Positions 31,302 to 41,611 of a stretch of 64,000 bases of DNA are shown here, in pieces. The notes under the pieces are model-generated. The model saw only the letters and a program-made list of their open reading frames with translations. It did not search any database and had not been told where the DNA came from. Origin of the DNA: Xanthobacteraceae bacterium (GTDB taxonomy: Bacteria; Pseudomonadota; Alphaproteobacteria; Rhizobiales; Xanthobacteraceae); NCBI GenBank assembly GCA_036513475.1, contig DATBYX010000475.1:4707-68706 (forward strand), written 5' to 3'. Within the stretch, counting starts at the first letter, position 1. The number at the start of each line of letters is the position of its first letter. A program made the translations under genes and the position numbers.

Positions 31302-32108
31302 TCAACTGTGCCCGGACAGGTCCGTGATGGTCGGGCGCTCCCCCGAGAGCGGATTGGAGGGGTCCCAGGCATAAAGTAGCGTTTCGAAACGCATGGAGCG
31401 TGCGTCCATCATAATGAGGCGGCCGACGAGCCCTTCGCCGAAGCCAACGATTTCTCGGATGACCTCGAGTGCCATCATGGAGCCGATTATGCCGGTAAGG
31501 GCACCGAGGATCCCAGCCTCGGCACAAACAGGAACCACCCCGGGGGGCGGCGGCTCGGGAAAGATGCAGCGATAAGTTGGATTCGGCCTGCCGTCAGCGC
31601 TTCGCTCGTGCGCGCGCACGGTTGTAATCGTGGCGTCAAAAGTGCCGACCGCAGCGCTGACCAGGGGCTTCTTGGCTAAAAAACAGGCATCCGACACGAG
31701 ATACCGAGTAGCAAAATTGTCCGATCCGTCTGCAACGATATCATAAGCCTCGATCAGACCGAGCGCGTTATGCGCAACCAATCTACTCGCGTGCCGCTCG
31801 ACGACGACATGCGGGTTTAACCGCAGGATCGCCCCGGTCGCACTGTCGACTTTCAGACGCCCGACCTCGGAGGTGGAGTGGATCACCTGGCGCTGCAGGT
31901 TCGAAAGCGCGACCGTATCATCATCGATGAGGCCGATGGTGCCAATCCCGGCGGCTGCGAGATAGAGTAGCACGGGCGCGCCAAGCCCGCCGGCACCTAT
32001 CACCAGGACCCGAGCTTGTTTGAGCGCAGCTTGCCCCGGCCCGCCGACTTCGCGCAGGACGATATGGCGGGCGTAGCGTTCGAGCTCGTCAGGGCCAAAC
32101 ATTGACAC
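31302..32108 (-). CDS. moeB: HesA/MoeB/ThiF-family adenylyltransferase (MoeB-like)
   Basis: RYARHIVLREVGGPGQ and the dinucleotide fold VLVIGAGGLGAPVLLYLAAAGIG. The C-terminal CxxC pair is absent, so MoeB versus ThiF assignment is tentative. Confidence 0.7.
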   Translation of the reverse strand: MSMFGPDELERYARHIVLREVGGPGQAALKQARVLVIGAGGLGAPVLLYLAAAGIGTIGLIDDDTVALSNLQRQVIHSTSEVGRLKVDSATGAILRLNPHVVVERHASRLVAHNALGLIEAYDIVADGSDNFATRYLVSDACFLAKKPLVSAAVGTFDATITTVRAHERSADGRPNPTYRCIFPEPPPPGVVPVCAEAGILGALTGIIGSMMALEVIREIVGFGEGLVGRLIMMDARSMRFETLLYAWDPSNPLSGERPTITDLSGHS

Positions 32109-32245
32109 GTTCGCCTCGCAGGTCGTCGCAATGTTCCTGGAAACCGCTGGGTTTGCAAACCATGAATGCTGGCGAAGTTGCGCGGGATCATTGCGCAGCA
32201 GTAGATTTGCCCTGAGCCGGAGTTAGTCGCACAGGAACTTCCCCC

Positions 32246-33745
32246 ATGCGAATCCTCGCTGCCATTCTGATCGTTTGCCTCGGCGCACCTGCTGCCCTGG
32301 CGCAAAGTGACAGTTCGCAAGGTATAGCAAGGGCGAACGCGAACGCACAGGTGAGGAAGTTCCGCAACCCAGGGATCAGGCCAGCAACACTGCGCGCGCG
32401 TGCCGCCGCAAGGCTTTCCCGTCTAGGCACCCAGCCGGCTGCCCCGGGTGCGACAGAATTGGGCACTATCCGCAGCGCAGCAGCAGCCGCACGCAAACGA
32501 GCGTCGCCTCCTCCGACGGCTAGCCGCGATGGCGGCACACCTGCCGATCGTATTGCTATCCAGTTCGACCTCGCATGGACCGCTGACTACACCGGTCTCG
32601 TCACCGGCGAGGTAAACGAGAAGGCAACGGCGGCTGTGAAAACGTTCCAAAGAAACAGGAAATTCAAGGAAACTGGCGTGCTCAATACGCAGGAAAGGGC
32701 CCTGCTTGCCGCCGCCAGCAAGGCGAAGCAGAACCAGGTCGGCTGGAGCATGGTCGATGATCCTGTTACCGGCGCGCGGCTGGGGATTCCAACAAAACAG
32801 GCGCCCAACAAGACGAAAGGTAAATCCGGCACCCGCTGGTCTTCGGCGCAGGGACAAGTGCAAATAGAGACCTTTAAGATCAGAGAGCCCGGCACCACGC
32901 TTGCCGGCGTCTACGAACAGCAGAAGAAGGAGCCGTCCACGCGCAGGCTCGAGCTCAACGTCCTGCGGCCGGACTTCTTTGTGTTGGGAGGGATGCAGGG
33001 CCTGAAAAAGTTTTATGTCCGAGCGGAGGTCAGGGATGAGGAGGTGCGAGGCGTGACGGTACTCTACGATCAGGCCACCGAAAATATCATGGATCCGGCC
33101 GCCGCGGTCATGGCCAGCGTGTTCACGGGATTTCCGAGCGCGACAGAAGGAGCAGCGCAGACAGGTCAAGCCTCCAGACGCAAGGTGGAATATGGCACCG
33201 GGACAATCATCACCGGTGCCGGCCATATCCTCACGGATCGTCAGCTGACGGACGGCTGCAATGTGATCGTGGTAAGCGGATACGGCGATGCGGATAGGCA
33301 AGCAGAGGATCCTGCAGCGAACCTTGCGTTATTGCGTGTGTATGGCGTCCCCGATCTCGTGCCAGCGAGTTTCGCCAATGATCCGATCAAAGAGTCGGAT
33401 CTGACAATTCTTGGCATCGCCGACCCGCAGAATCAGAGCGGCGGGTCCGCGATCTCTGCGATTCCCGGAAAGGCGAAAGGTGATGAGGTCGATCCTGCTC
33501 CACCACCAGGCTTTTCCGGGGCTGGTATCCTCGACGGAAAAGGACGCTTCGTCGGGATGGTGCAACTCAAAACACCGGTTCTCGCCAGTGTCGGAGCTGT
33601 ACCCCCCCAATCCCATGCTACCATCATTCCCGGTTCGACTATTCGAGGGTTTCTCGAAGCTCAAAATCTGCCGCTTGCGACCAAACAGTCCGGCATTCAA
33701 GATGGGAAGGCCGCGCTGGTGCGGGTAATTTGCGTGAGAAAATAG
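32246..33745 (+). CDS. Secreted protein with peptidoglycan-binding-like domain and trypsin-like serine peptidase domain
   Basis: Signal peptide MRILAAILIVCLGAPAALAQ. A PG_binding_1-like segment GEVNEKATAAVKTFQRNRKFKETGVLNTQERALL. C-terminal GAGHILTDRQL...LALLRV...GFSGAGILDGKGRFVGMV is compatible with a His-Asp-Ser arrangement. Confidence 0.6.
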   Translation: MRILAAILIVCLGAPAALAQSDSSQGIARANANAQVRKFRNPGIRPATLRARAAARLSRLGTQPAAPGATELGTIRSAAAAARKRASPPPTASRDGGTPADRIAIQFDLAWTADYTGLVTGEVNEKATAAVKTFQRNRKFKETGVLNTQERALLAAASKAKQNQVGWSMVDDPVTGARLGIPTKQAPNKTKGKSGTRWSSAQGQVQIETFKIREPGTTLAGVYEQQKKEPSTRRLELNVLRPDFFVLGGMQGLKKFYVRAEVRDEEVRGVTVLYDQATENIMDPAAAVMASVFTGFPSATEGAAQTGQASRRKVEYGTGTIITGAGHILTDRQLTDGCNVIVVSGYGDADRQAEDPAANLALLRVYGVPDLVPASFANDPIKESDLTILGIADPQNQSGGSAISAIPGKAKGDEVDPAPPPGFSGAGILDGKGRFVGMVQLKTPVLASVGAVPPQSHATIIPGSTIRGFLEAQNLPLATKQSGIQDGKAALVRVICVRK

Positions 33746-33767
33746 CAGGACCTGTTTCCATTCCCCT

Positions 33768-34553
33768 CTACTCGTTCCTGAAACTTGCTGGTCGCTTTGC
33801 CACGAAGGCGGCCATTCCTTCCTTTTGATCGTGTGTTGCAAACAGCCCATGAAAGACCCGCCGCTCAAATCGTAGCCCCTCGCTGAGTGACGTTTCTAAT
33901 GCCCGATTGATGGCTTCCTTCGCTGCCAGCAGCGATGGGAGCGAAAGTGAGGCGATGGTCTCTGCAATCTTCATCGCCTCCTCCATGAGTACCGATGCGG
34001 ACACCACCCGGGCCACGAGCCCGGAGCGTTCGGCCTCGACTGCATCCATCATGCGCCCTGTCAGGATCAGATCCATCGCCTTGGCCTTGCCAACCGCGCG
34101 AATGAGCCGCTGAGTTCCGCCCATTCCGGGAATTACGCCGAGCTTGATTTCAGGCTGGCCGAATTTGGCCGTGTCGGCGGCGATGATGACGTCGCACATC
34201 ATCGCCAGCTCACAGCCGCCACCAAGCGCAAAACCTGCTACTGCCGCAACGATCGGCTTGCGCACACGCGTGAGCCGCTCATAATCCGCGGCGAAGTCCT
34301 CGGCAAAAACATCGATGTACGTTTTGTTCGCCATCTCCTTGATGTCGGCTCCGGCGGCGAAAGCCTTGTCGGAACCGGTGATCACGATGCAGCCCACATT
34401 GGGGTCGGCATCGAAGCGTTCAGTCGCCGCGAGCAATTCGTTCTTGAGCGTCGCATTCAGCGCGTTCAAGGTTTTTGGTCGGTTCAGGCGGATCACACCT
34501 ACGCGGCGGTGGGTTTCGGTAACGATGGCCTCTTCGGGCATGACTTTCCTCAA
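33768..34553 (-). CDS. Enoyl-CoA hydratase (crotonase family)
   Basis: [17 protein letters not shown] and [19 protein letters not shown]. Confidence 0.88.
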   Translation of the reverse strand: MRKVMPEEAIVTETHRRVGVIRLNRPKTLNALNATLKNELLAATERFDADPNVGCIVITGSDKAFAAGADIKEMANKTYIDVFAEDFAADYERLTRVRKPIVAAVAGFALGGGCELAMMCDVIIAADTAKFGQPEIKLGVIPGMGGTQRLIRAVGKAKAMDLILTGRMMDAVEAERSGLVARVVSASVLMEEAMKIAETIASLSLPSLLAAKEAINRALETSLSEGLRFERRVFHGLFATHDQKEGMAAFVAKRPASFRNE

Positions 34554-34586
34554 AAAGAACTTATGGACTGGCTGCTGTTGGCATGA

Positions 34587-35468
34587 TCACTTCTGACATA
34601 CTGGGCAGAAGAATGTCGATCTTCCGGTTTGCACGATTCGCTTGATGGTGCCGCTGCAACCAGGCCGCGGACACGGCTCGCCTGCGCGATCGTAGACGCA
34701 GAACTCATGTTGGAAATCGCCGAGAGCGCCGTTGGTACGGCGATGGTCCCGGAGCGAGGAGCCGCCCGCCTTGATCGCGGCGCGCAGAACGGCCTTGATT
34801 GCTTCGACCAGGCGTACCGCACGGTCGGTAGGCAAGCCGGATCGCGTCGCGATTGTTGAAGCGCGCCGCTTCGGAGAAACCGCTGCGCGATGCAGTACCT
34901 CGCACACGTAGATGTTGCCCAGACCGGATACCACTTTCTGATCCGAGAGTGCTGCCTTGATTGAGGTCTGCTTGCCCCTGCAGGAACGTGCCAGCACGTC
35001 CCCCTTGAACTCGTCGGCGAGCGGCTCGGGCCCGAGTGCGCGCAGCAGCGGCTCCTTGCACAACTCAGCGCGCGGGACCAGCTTCATCATTCCGAACCGC
35101 CGGGGGTCGTTGAACGAAATAAGTGCCCCGGAGGACATGTGAAACTCTATATGATCGTGCGCAGAATGCCGCGAGGGCGCGCGATAATAGGCTCCCGGCG
35201 TATGGATCCCGCGCGGCTGTGCGACGCGAAATGAGCCAGACATCCCGAGGTGCATGATCAGCACCTCACCGGAGGACAGGTGCGCGAGAAGATATTTCGC
35301 ACGGCGGTCGAGCCGCTCGACTGTTTGACCTTCCAGCCGCTGAGCAAAATTCTTCGGCAGCGGCCAACGCAGGTCGCCGCGATGCGCTTCGACTTTGGTA
35401 AAGCGCGCGCCTTGCATCACCGGCAGAAGTCCCCGGCGAACGGTCTCTACTTCCGGCAGTTCGGGCAT
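34587..35468 (-). CDS. mutM: Formamidopyrimidine-DNA glycosylase
   Basis: N-terminal [14 protein letters not shown] and C-terminal zinc finger [27 protein letters not shown]. Confidence 0.93.
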   Translation of the reverse strand: MPELPEVETVRRGLLPVMQGARFTKVEAHRGDLRWPLPKNFAQRLEGQTVERLDRRAKYLLAHLSSGEVLIMHLGMSGSFRVAQPRGIHTPGAYYRAPSRHSAHDHIEFHMSSGALISFNDPRRFGMMKLVPRAELCKEPLLRALGPEPLADEFKGDVLARSCRGKQTSIKAALSDQKVVSGLGNIYVCEVLHRAAVSPKRRASTIATRSGLPTDRAVRLVEAIKAVLRAAIKAGGSSLRDHRRTNGALGDFQHEFCVYDRAGEPCPRPGCSGTIKRIVQTGRSTFFCPVCQK

Positions 35469-35547
35469 GAGTAGTTTGCTGTCTGGCACAGAGATAGCGC
35501 CCCTGGCCTCTCCAGGCTATGGTCCTGTCGAACAAGGACTATTCGCA

Positions 35548-36306
35548 ATGCCACAAGCGGATGGAGATGCTGAGATCGGCCTCCAGCAACAGGGCCCGCC
35601 GGGCGACAAGCAGGCGATGGTCGACGGCGTGTTTCGCAGCGTGGCGCATCGCTACGATCTGATGAACGACCTGATGTCGGGCGGATTGCATCGGGCCTGG
35701 AAGAACTCCCTGGTCATTGCCGTGAATCCTCCTAAGGGCATGCAATCGTTCGCGCTGCTCGACCTGGCAGGCGGTACCGGCGACGTCGCTTTTCGGGTGA
35801 TAGAGGCGGCGGGCGCGGGCTCCCGGATCACCGTCCTCGACATCAATGGCGAGATGCTCGAGGTCGGACGGGCAAGGGCGGCCGAGCGCGGTTACCATGT
35901 AGCTTTCATTCAGGGTAGCGGCGAGATGTTGCCGTTTCGTAACCGGAGCTATGATGCCGTCACGGTCGCATTCGGCATTCGCAATATCCCGCGGGTTGAG
36001 CTGGCGCTCACCGAGGTCTACCGCGTGCTGCGCATCGGCGGTCGATTTTTCTGCCTTGAATTCTCCACCGTCGATGTTCCGGGCTTTGATAGGCTGTACG
36101 ACGCCTATTCGTTCAAGGTCATTCCTACGCTTGGGGGCGTGATCGCCGGCGATGCGCCGGCCTACCGCTACCTCGTGGAGTCCATCCGCCGCTTCCCCCG
36201 TCCGGATGCATTTGCGCAGATGATGCGCGTTGCCGGTTTTGCGCGAGTCTCGTTTCAGCGGATGACTGGGGGCGTGGTCGCGCTGCATTCAGGCTGGCGA
36301 TTGTGA
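35548..36306 (+). CDS. ubiE: Ubiquinone/menaquinone biosynthesis C-methyltransferase
   Basis: [21 protein letters not shown] and LDLAGGTGD. Start at ATG 35548 (MPQADG). Confidence 0.92.
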   Translation: MPQADGDAEIGLQQQGPPGDKQAMVDGVFRSVAHRYDLMNDLMSGGLHRAWKNSLVIAVNPPKGMQSFALLDLAGGTGDVAFRVIEAAGAGSRITVLDINGEMLEVGRARAAERGYHVAFIQGSGEMLPFRNRSYDAVTVAFGIRNIPRVELALTEVYRVLRIGGRFFCLEFSTVDVPGFDRLYDAYSFKVIPTLGGVIAGDAPAYRYLVESIRRFPRPDAFAQMMRVAGFARVSFQRMTGGVVALHSGWRL

Positions 36307-37877
36307 TCACAGGTGTCGCGCACCTCGCCCGCCTTTCCCGCGCTGGATTCGTGTTCGCCCGCGAGGGCGTGCTGGCATTGATCGACACCGCGCGGTTGCC
36401 GCTGCCCCTACGGGCAGTGATTTCCATTGCGCGACTGATTGAACGTCCTGCGAGTGCCGTCGCCGCAAACCGGCTGGCTACCGCGTTGACGCGGCTCGGG
36501 CCCAGTTACGTGAAGCTCGGCCAGTTCCTGGCGACGCGCCCGGACGTGGTCGGGGCAGCCTTGGCGCGCGATCTTGAAACCCTGCAGGACAAGATGCCGC
36601 CCTTCCCGCAGGACGCGGCCGTGCGTGCGGTGGAAGCGGCGCTTGGCGAGCCGGTTCGCGCTTTCTATCTCTCATTCGGCCCGCCGGTCGCGGCTGCCTC
36701 CATCGCGCAGGTGCATCGGGCCGAAGTCGCCGGCGGTCAGGAGAACCGGGCGGTCGCGGTGAAGGTCCTGCGACCTGCTATCGAGCGGCGTTTCAAGCTA
36801 GACCTCGACGCCTTCACATTCGTTGCACGCCAAGCGCAGAGGATTTCGGCCGAGGGCCGGCGCCTGCGGCTGGTGGAAGTGGTCGACACGCTACGACGCA
36901 CCGTGGCCCTCGAAATGGATTTGCGGTTCGAGGCGGCAGCGCTTTCGGAGATGGCCGAAAATACCCGGGATGATCCGGATTTCCGCGTGCCCGCCGTCGA
37001 TTGGGACAGAACCGCACGCGACGTGCTTACGCTCGAATGGATTGAAGGCGTCCCGCTTTGGGACCACGCGCGGCTGACGGCCAAGGGCTTCGATCTCAAG
37101 CGGCTGGCCTGCGCCGTGATCCAGACATTCCTCCGCCATGCCTTGCGCGACGGCTTCTTCCACGCCGACATGCATCCCGGAAACCTGTTCGTTGACGATG
37201 CGGGTCAGCTCGTCGCCGTGGACTTCGGCATCATGGGTCGGCTTGCCCCGAAGGAACGCCGTTTCCTGGCGGAGATTCTGCTCGGCTTCATCACCCGCAA
37301 CTACTATCGGACGGCGGAAGTGCATTTTGAAGCTGGGTACGTCCCGCCCCACCATTCCATCGCCAGCTTTGCGCAAGCGATCCGCGCCATTGGCGAGCCG
37401 ATCCATAACCGCACTGCGGAAGAGATCTCGATGGCGAAGCTGTTCATGCTTCTCTTCGAGATTACGGGGCTTTTCGACATGCGTACCCGGCCCGAGCTGC
37501 TGCTGTTGCAAAAGACCATGGTCGTCGTGGAGGGCGTGGCGCGATCGCTCGATCCAAAGCTCGACATGTGGATGGTTGCGGAGCCGGTGGTGCGTGAATG
37601 GATGGAACGCCGCCTCGGGCCGGGAGGAAAACTGGAAGACGCCGCTGAGGGCGCGGTTGAAGTGGGTCGCTTCCTTGGAGAGATGCCACGCCTGCTTACA
37701 CGCGGCGCCGTCCTGCTGGACCGCCTCGACATGATGGCGCGGAACGGCCTCGTCCTTGCCCCTGAAACGATTGCCGACATTGGCCGCTCCCAAGTGCGCC
37801 GGAACCGCTGGATCGCGCTCGCCCTCTGGATGATCGCCGGGCTCTTGGGCTGGATCAGCTACTTCTTGCTGCGATGA
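36303..37877 (+). CDS. ubiB: ABC1/UbiB-family atypical kinase for ubiquinone biosynthesis
   Basis: [32 protein letters not shown] and C-terminal TM helices. The GTG start overlaps the ubiE stop. Confidence 0.92.
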   Translation: MITGVAHLARLSRAGFVFAREGVLALIDTARLPLPLRAVISIARLIERPASAVAANRLATALTRLGPSYVKLGQFLATRPDVVGAALARDLETLQDKMPPFPQDAAVRAVEAALGEPVRAFYLSFGPPVAAASIAQVHRAEVAGGQENRAVAVKVLRPAIERRFKLDLDAFTFVARQAQRISAEGRRLRLVEVVDTLRRTVALEMDLRFEAAALSEMAENTRDDPDFRVPAVDWDRTARDVLTLEWIEGVPLWDHARLTAKGFDLKRLACAVIQTFLRHALRDGFFHADMHPGNLFVDDAGQLVAVDFGIMGRLAPKERRFLAEILLGFITRNYYRTAEVHFEAGYVPPHHSIASFAQAIRAIGEPIHNRTAEEISMAKLFMLLFEITGLFDMRTRPELLLLQKTMVVVEGVARSLDPKLDMWMVAEPVVREWMERRLGPGGKLEDAAEGAVEVGRFLGEMPRLLTRGAVLLDRLDMMARNGLVLAPETIADIGRSQVRRNRWIALALWMIAGLLGWISYFLLR

Positions 37878-37896
37878 AGCCGCAGTCCGCTTGCGT

Positions 37897-37913
37897 TGAT
37901 TGCAATGCAATCA
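37897..37913. promoter_or_regulatory. Perfect 17-bp palindrome (candidate operator) between ubiB and coaBC
   Basis: TGATTGCA-A-TGCAATCA lies 20 nt after the ubiB stop and 17 nt before ATG 37930. A 1-nt centre makes an RNA hairpin unlikely. Confidence 0.4.
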
Positions 37914-37929
37914 TCGGCTAGGCTGAGGC

Positions 37930-39366
37930 ATGGCAAGCATCACTATCCGGCAGCTCGACGACGCCCTCAAGCGCCGCCTGCGGCTGCGCGCGGCGCGTAA
38001 TGGGCGCTCCATGGAAGACGAAGCCCGGACCATTCTGCGGACCGCATCAGCTGGCGAACTCCCCGAGCAAAGCGGAGGGAACGAAGCGCCGCGGAACCTT
38101 ATATCCCCTGCGCTGCCACCGGCAGCTCCTTCGTTTTCTCTTCCCCAAGAGTGCCAGAACCGCGTGCTCCTCATCATTGGTGGAGGGATCGCAGCCTATA
38201 AGTCGCTCGACCTCATTCGCCGACTGAAGGAGCGGGGACTGGGAGTACGATGCATCCTGACCAGGGCAGCGCTGGAATTCGTCACTGCGCTCTCAGCCTC
38301 GGCGCTTTCGGGGGAGCGCGTTTTCGTCAACCTGTTCGATCCAACAACCGAGCACGACGTGGGCCACATTCGACTGGCGCGGGAGGCCGATCTCATCGTG
38401 GTCGCACCAGCGACGGCAGACTTGATGGCGAAGATGGCAGCCGGCGCTGCCGACGATCTCGCCTCTGCCGTCTTGCTGGCGACCGAGGCCAAGGTGCTGG
38501 TTGCACCAGCCATGAACCCCCGCATGTGGGCCCATCCGGCGACCCGACGTAATCTGGCGACGTTGGAGAGGGACGGTGTCATCGTGGTCGGGCCGAGGGC
38601 AGGGGAAATGGCCGAGGAAGGTGAAGCCGGGATCGGACGTATGGCGGAGCCGCTCGAAATCGTCTCGGCGGCCCTGCCCTTTCTTTACAGCGCAGGCGCC
38701 CAGAGAACGCTCAGCGGCCGGCGAGTCGTCGTCACGTCGGGGCCGACCCATGAGCCCATCGACCCGGTGCGCTACATCGCAAACCGCTCGTCCGGCAAGC
38801 AGGGCCACGCTATTGCCAGCGCCGCGGCGGCGCTGGGAGCCGAAGTCCTCCTGGTCTCCGGTCCGGTCAGCCTACCCGACCCTGTGGGGGTGAAAACCGT
38901 CAAGGTCGAGACCGCACAAGAGATGCTAAGCGAGATCAGCAGGGGACTCCCCGCGGATGTGGCGATATTTGCGGCCGCCGTTGCGGATTGGCGGGTGGAG
39001 AAGCCGAATACCAACAAGATCAAGAAACAACCAGGAGCCTCGCCGACTGTAAGCTTGATCGAAAATCCTGATATTCTAGCGACCATAGGTCACCGGGACA
39101 AAGGCCGGCCGCGACTCGTGGTTGGATTTGCGGCAGAGACCGAGCAAATCATTGAGCACGCCAAGGCCAAGCTGGCGCGCAAGGGTTGTGACTGGATGGT
39201 TGCGAATGACGTATCTACCGCATCGGGGGTGATGGGCGGCGATTGCAATACGGTCCACCTCATAACTGCAAACGGGGTCGAGTCCTGGCCGCCGAAGTCA
39301 AAGGAAGCGGTGGCGCGTGCGCTGGTCGCCCGGGTCGCGGATGCCCTGGCTGGAGCACCGTCGTGA
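37930..39366 (+). CDS. coaBC: Phosphopantothenoylcysteine decarboxylase/synthetase CoaBC with N-terminal ribbon-helix-helix (FitA/VapB-like) extension
   Basis: Residues 1-40, MASITIRQLDDALKRRLRLRAARNGRSMEDEARTILRTAS, form an RHH antitoxin-like pattern, followed by a Pro/Ala-rich linker. Canonical CoaC (LLIIGGGIAAYKSLDLIRRLK, VAPAMNPRMW) and CoaB (VTSGPTHEPIDPVRYIANRSSGKQG) motifs follow. There is no stop codon between the parts. Confidence 0.85.
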   Translation: MASITIRQLDDALKRRLRLRAARNGRSMEDEARTILRTASAGELPEQSGGNEAPRNLISPALPPAAPSFSLPQECQNRVLLIIGGGIAAYKSLDLIRRLKERGLGVRCILTRAALEFVTALSASALSGERVFVNLFDPTTEHDVGHIRLAREADLIVVAPATADLMAKMAAGAADDLASAVLLATEAKVLVAPAMNPRMWAHPATRRNLATLERDGVIVVGPRAGEMAEEGEAGIGRMAEPLEIVSAALPFLYSAGAQRTLSGRRVVVTSGPTHEPIDPVRYIANRSSGKQGHAIASAAAALGAEVLLVSGPVSLPDPVGVKTVKVETAQEMLSEISRGLPADVAIFAAAVADWRVEKPNTNKIKKQPGASPTVSLIENPDILATIGHRDKGRPRLVVGFAAETEQIIEHAKAKLARKGCDWMVANDVSTASGVMGGDCNTVHLITANGVESWPPKSKEAVARALVARVADALAGAPS

Positions 39367-39839
39367 ACAGAATCGACGTTCGCCTCGTGCGGCTTGCGCA
39401 CGCGTCCGGCCTTCCCCTTCCGGCATATCACAGCGAATTGGCGGCCGGCCTTGATCTGATGGCAGCTGTGCCGGATGATGCGCCGATTAGCATCCGGCCG
39501 GGAGAACGCGCCCTTATTCCCACCGGCCTGGCCCTTGCCCTTCCTGCCGGGATTGAAGGACAAATCCGGCCACGCTCGGGGCTGGCCCTGAGCAGCGGCG
39601 TCACCGTGCTCAACTCCCCGGGGACGATCGATGCCGATTACCGTGGAGAACTGCGCGTTCTTCTTGCGAACTTCGGTTCCGATGTGTTTGTGGTGGAACG
39701 CGGCACACGGATTGCGCAATTGGTATTCGCCCCAAGCATGCAGGCGACTCTCTGCGAGGTCGAAAGCTTGGCCGAAACCACCCGCGGAGTTGCGGGATTT
39801 GGTTCTACCGGCACTGGGCGGGAGAGGCGGGCTGACTGA
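39363..39839 (+). CDS. dut: dUTP diphosphatase
   Basis: AAGLDL, RSGLA, GTIDADYRGEL and GFGSTG motifs. The GTG start overlaps the coaBC stop (GTGA). Confidence 0.92.
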   Translation: MNRIDVRLVRLAHASGLPLPAYHSELAAGLDLMAAVPDDAPISIRPGERALIPTGLALALPAGIEGQIRPRSGLALSSGVTVLNSPGTIDADYRGELRVLLANFGSDVFVVERGTRIAQLVFAPSMQATLCEVESLAETTRGVAGFGSTGTGRERRAD

Positions 39840-39913
39840 TGGCCAAGTACCGTCGCAGGAAAATCCAGCACCGCCGGGGGGGAGCGACTGTCCGCCCACG
39901 CCGGGTCTTGCGC

Positions 39914-40372
39914 ATGCCGCTCCTCGCTCGCAAAGGGGTGCTGGCGATTGCCGCGGTGCTCGAAGTTGCCGTCCATGGCACCTCCAAGCCGGTGAGCGCG
40001 GAGGTGCTCGCCGAGCGCTATGGTTTGCCCACGCGCCACCTCGAGCCTCTGCTGCAGGCGCTCGTGCGAGAGGGTATCCTCCGGGGCATTCGCGGACCCC
40101 GGGGCGGATATCACTTGGGACGTCCGGGAAACAGCATTACGGTCGAGCGCATATTGCGGACGGTTCGAACCACCGAAGATGGGCACGAAATCTCGCTTGC
40201 GAGCTCGCAGTTGCTGAGCAAGGTTGTTGTACCTGCGCTGGGCAAGATAGAAGACGCCTTCTCGGCCGCCCTCGCCCGCATCAGCATCGCCGATCTCACG
40301 CGCTCCGCCGAAAAGTGGACGAGATTGCCTCCGCCCGGGCGTGCCAAGCGCGCCCGCCGCACCAGGGCATAA
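39914..40372 (+). CDS. Rrf2-family transcriptional regulator (no Cys ligands seen)
   Basis: MPLLARKGVLAIAAVLEVA...VSAEVLAERYGLPTRHLEPLLQALVREGILRGIRGPRGGYHL. An alternative ATG at 39839 overlaps the dut stop and would add a 25-aa Arg-rich N-terminus. Confidence 0.8.
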   Translation: MPLLARKGVLAIAAVLEVAVHGTSKPVSAEVLAERYGLPTRHLEPLLQALVREGILRGIRGPRGGYHLGRPGNSITVERILRTVRTTEDGHEISLASSQLLSKVVVPALGKIEDAFSAALARISIADLTRSAEKWTRLPPPGRAKRARRTRA

Positions 40373-40425
40373 CATTTTATGCATCCAGCCTCGAGCCGGG
40401 TGCGCCGCTCCGAAGAACGCGTGAA

Positions 40426-41463
40426 CTAAGTTTTCTTCGCGGCCCGCTGCTCCAGCCTCTTCTTCAGCCCGGGGTAGGCGCGTAGCGCATTCGCTTCGAA
40501 GATCTTCTTTCTGTCCTCGGATGAAAGCCGGAGCGCATGATCGACATAGCGCTTTGTGTCGTCGAACTCATGTCCTGTCTGCGGGTCGATCCCGCGCACC
40601 GCGCCTACCATTTCGGAGGCGAACAGGATGTTCCCGACAGGCACGACTTCAGTAAGAAGATTGACGCCGGGTTGGTGGTACACGCAAGTATCGAACCAGA
40701 CGTTGTCTTTCATCATCTCGTCGAGCGGGGGCCGTTTGTTGTTGAGCGCAAGGCCGCGATACCGTCCCCAATGGTAGGGCACTGCGCCTCCTCCGTGGGG
40801 GATGATCAGCTTCAGGGTCGGAAAATCCTTGAACAGGTCGCCCATGATGAGCTGCATGAAGGCGGTCGTGTCGGCATTGATGTAGTGCGCACCGGTCCCA
40901 TGGAAGCACGGATTGCAGGACGCGCTGACGTGGATCATTGCCGGAACGTCAAGCTCGACCATCTTCTCGTAGAATTTGTACCACCAGCGGTCAGTCAGGG
41001 GCGGGGCGGTCCAGTAACCGCCGGACGGATCGGGATTAAGATTGCACCCTACAAAACCGAATTCGGTCACGCACCGCTCGAGCTCATCGATGCAGCTGTC
41101 GGGCGAAACTCCCGGCGATTGCGGCAATTGGCATACGCCAATGAAATTGTCGGGGTACAGGGTGCAGACGCGATGGATCATCTCATTGCACAGCTGCGAC
41201 CAGGCAAGACTTACGCTGAAATCGCCGATGTGGTGACTCATCCCCATCGCCCGCGGGGAAAAAATCGTGATGTCGGTGCCGCGCTCGCGCTGCAGTTTGA
41301 GTTGAGCGCCCTCAAGACTCTCCCGGATTTCATCGTCACTGACCTTGAGCGAAGCGGTTAAGGGCTGCTTGGAAGGCGTCTTCAGATTATCGATCTGCTC
41401 CTTGCGCCATCGCAGCAGATCCTTCGGCTCCGTCGTATAGTGGCCGTGACAATCGATGATCAT
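40426..41463 (-). CDS. Amidohydrolase-2 family protein (ACMSD/LigJ-like hydratase or decarboxylase)
   Basis: N-terminal MIIDCHGH metal motif, IHVSAS..., IIPHGGGAVPYHWGR and FDTCVY. The overall pattern matches the metal-dependent amidohydrolase_2 fold. Confidence 0.8.
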   Translation of the reverse strand: MIIDCHGHYTTEPKDLLRWRKEQIDNLKTPSKQPLTASLKVSDDEIRESLEGAQLKLQRERGTDITIFSPRAMGMSHHIGDFSVSLAWSQLCNEMIHRVCTLYPDNFIGVCQLPQSPGVSPDSCIDELERCVTEFGFVGCNLNPDPSGGYWTAPPLTDRWWYKFYEKMVELDVPAMIHVSASCNPCFHGTGAHYINADTTAFMQLIMGDLFKDFPTLKLIIPHGGGAVPYHWGRYRGLALNNKRPPLDEMMKDNVWFDTCVYHQPGVNLLTEVVPVGNILFASEMVGAVRGIDPQTGHEFDDTKRYVDHALRLSSEDRKKIFEANALRAYPGLKKRLEQRAAKKT

Positions 41464-41611
41464 GACACCGTCGGGGCGAGGGGTGGGAGAAAAGGGGACC
41501 CGATGCTAAGGACCGCGCTTCGGGATTGTCAAATGCTTCCAGACCGCGACGGTTCGGTTCTCAATGCGCCAATGTGACAGGGAATTGGGATTCTGCGCCA
41601 GTAATCAAGAT

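Noticed and set aside
36891-37910. 339-aa minus-strand ORF, plus similar ones at 43427-44362, 44739-45791 and 35539-36288
   Set aside because: They are antisense to ubiB, the histidine kinase and ubiE respectively. Their composition is typical of non-coding frames in GC-rich DNA.
39631-40485. 284-aa plus-strand ORF spanning dut and the Rrf2 gene out of frame
   Set aside because: It overlaps two genes with clear family motifs. Its own translation is Arg/Pro/Gly-rich and featureless.
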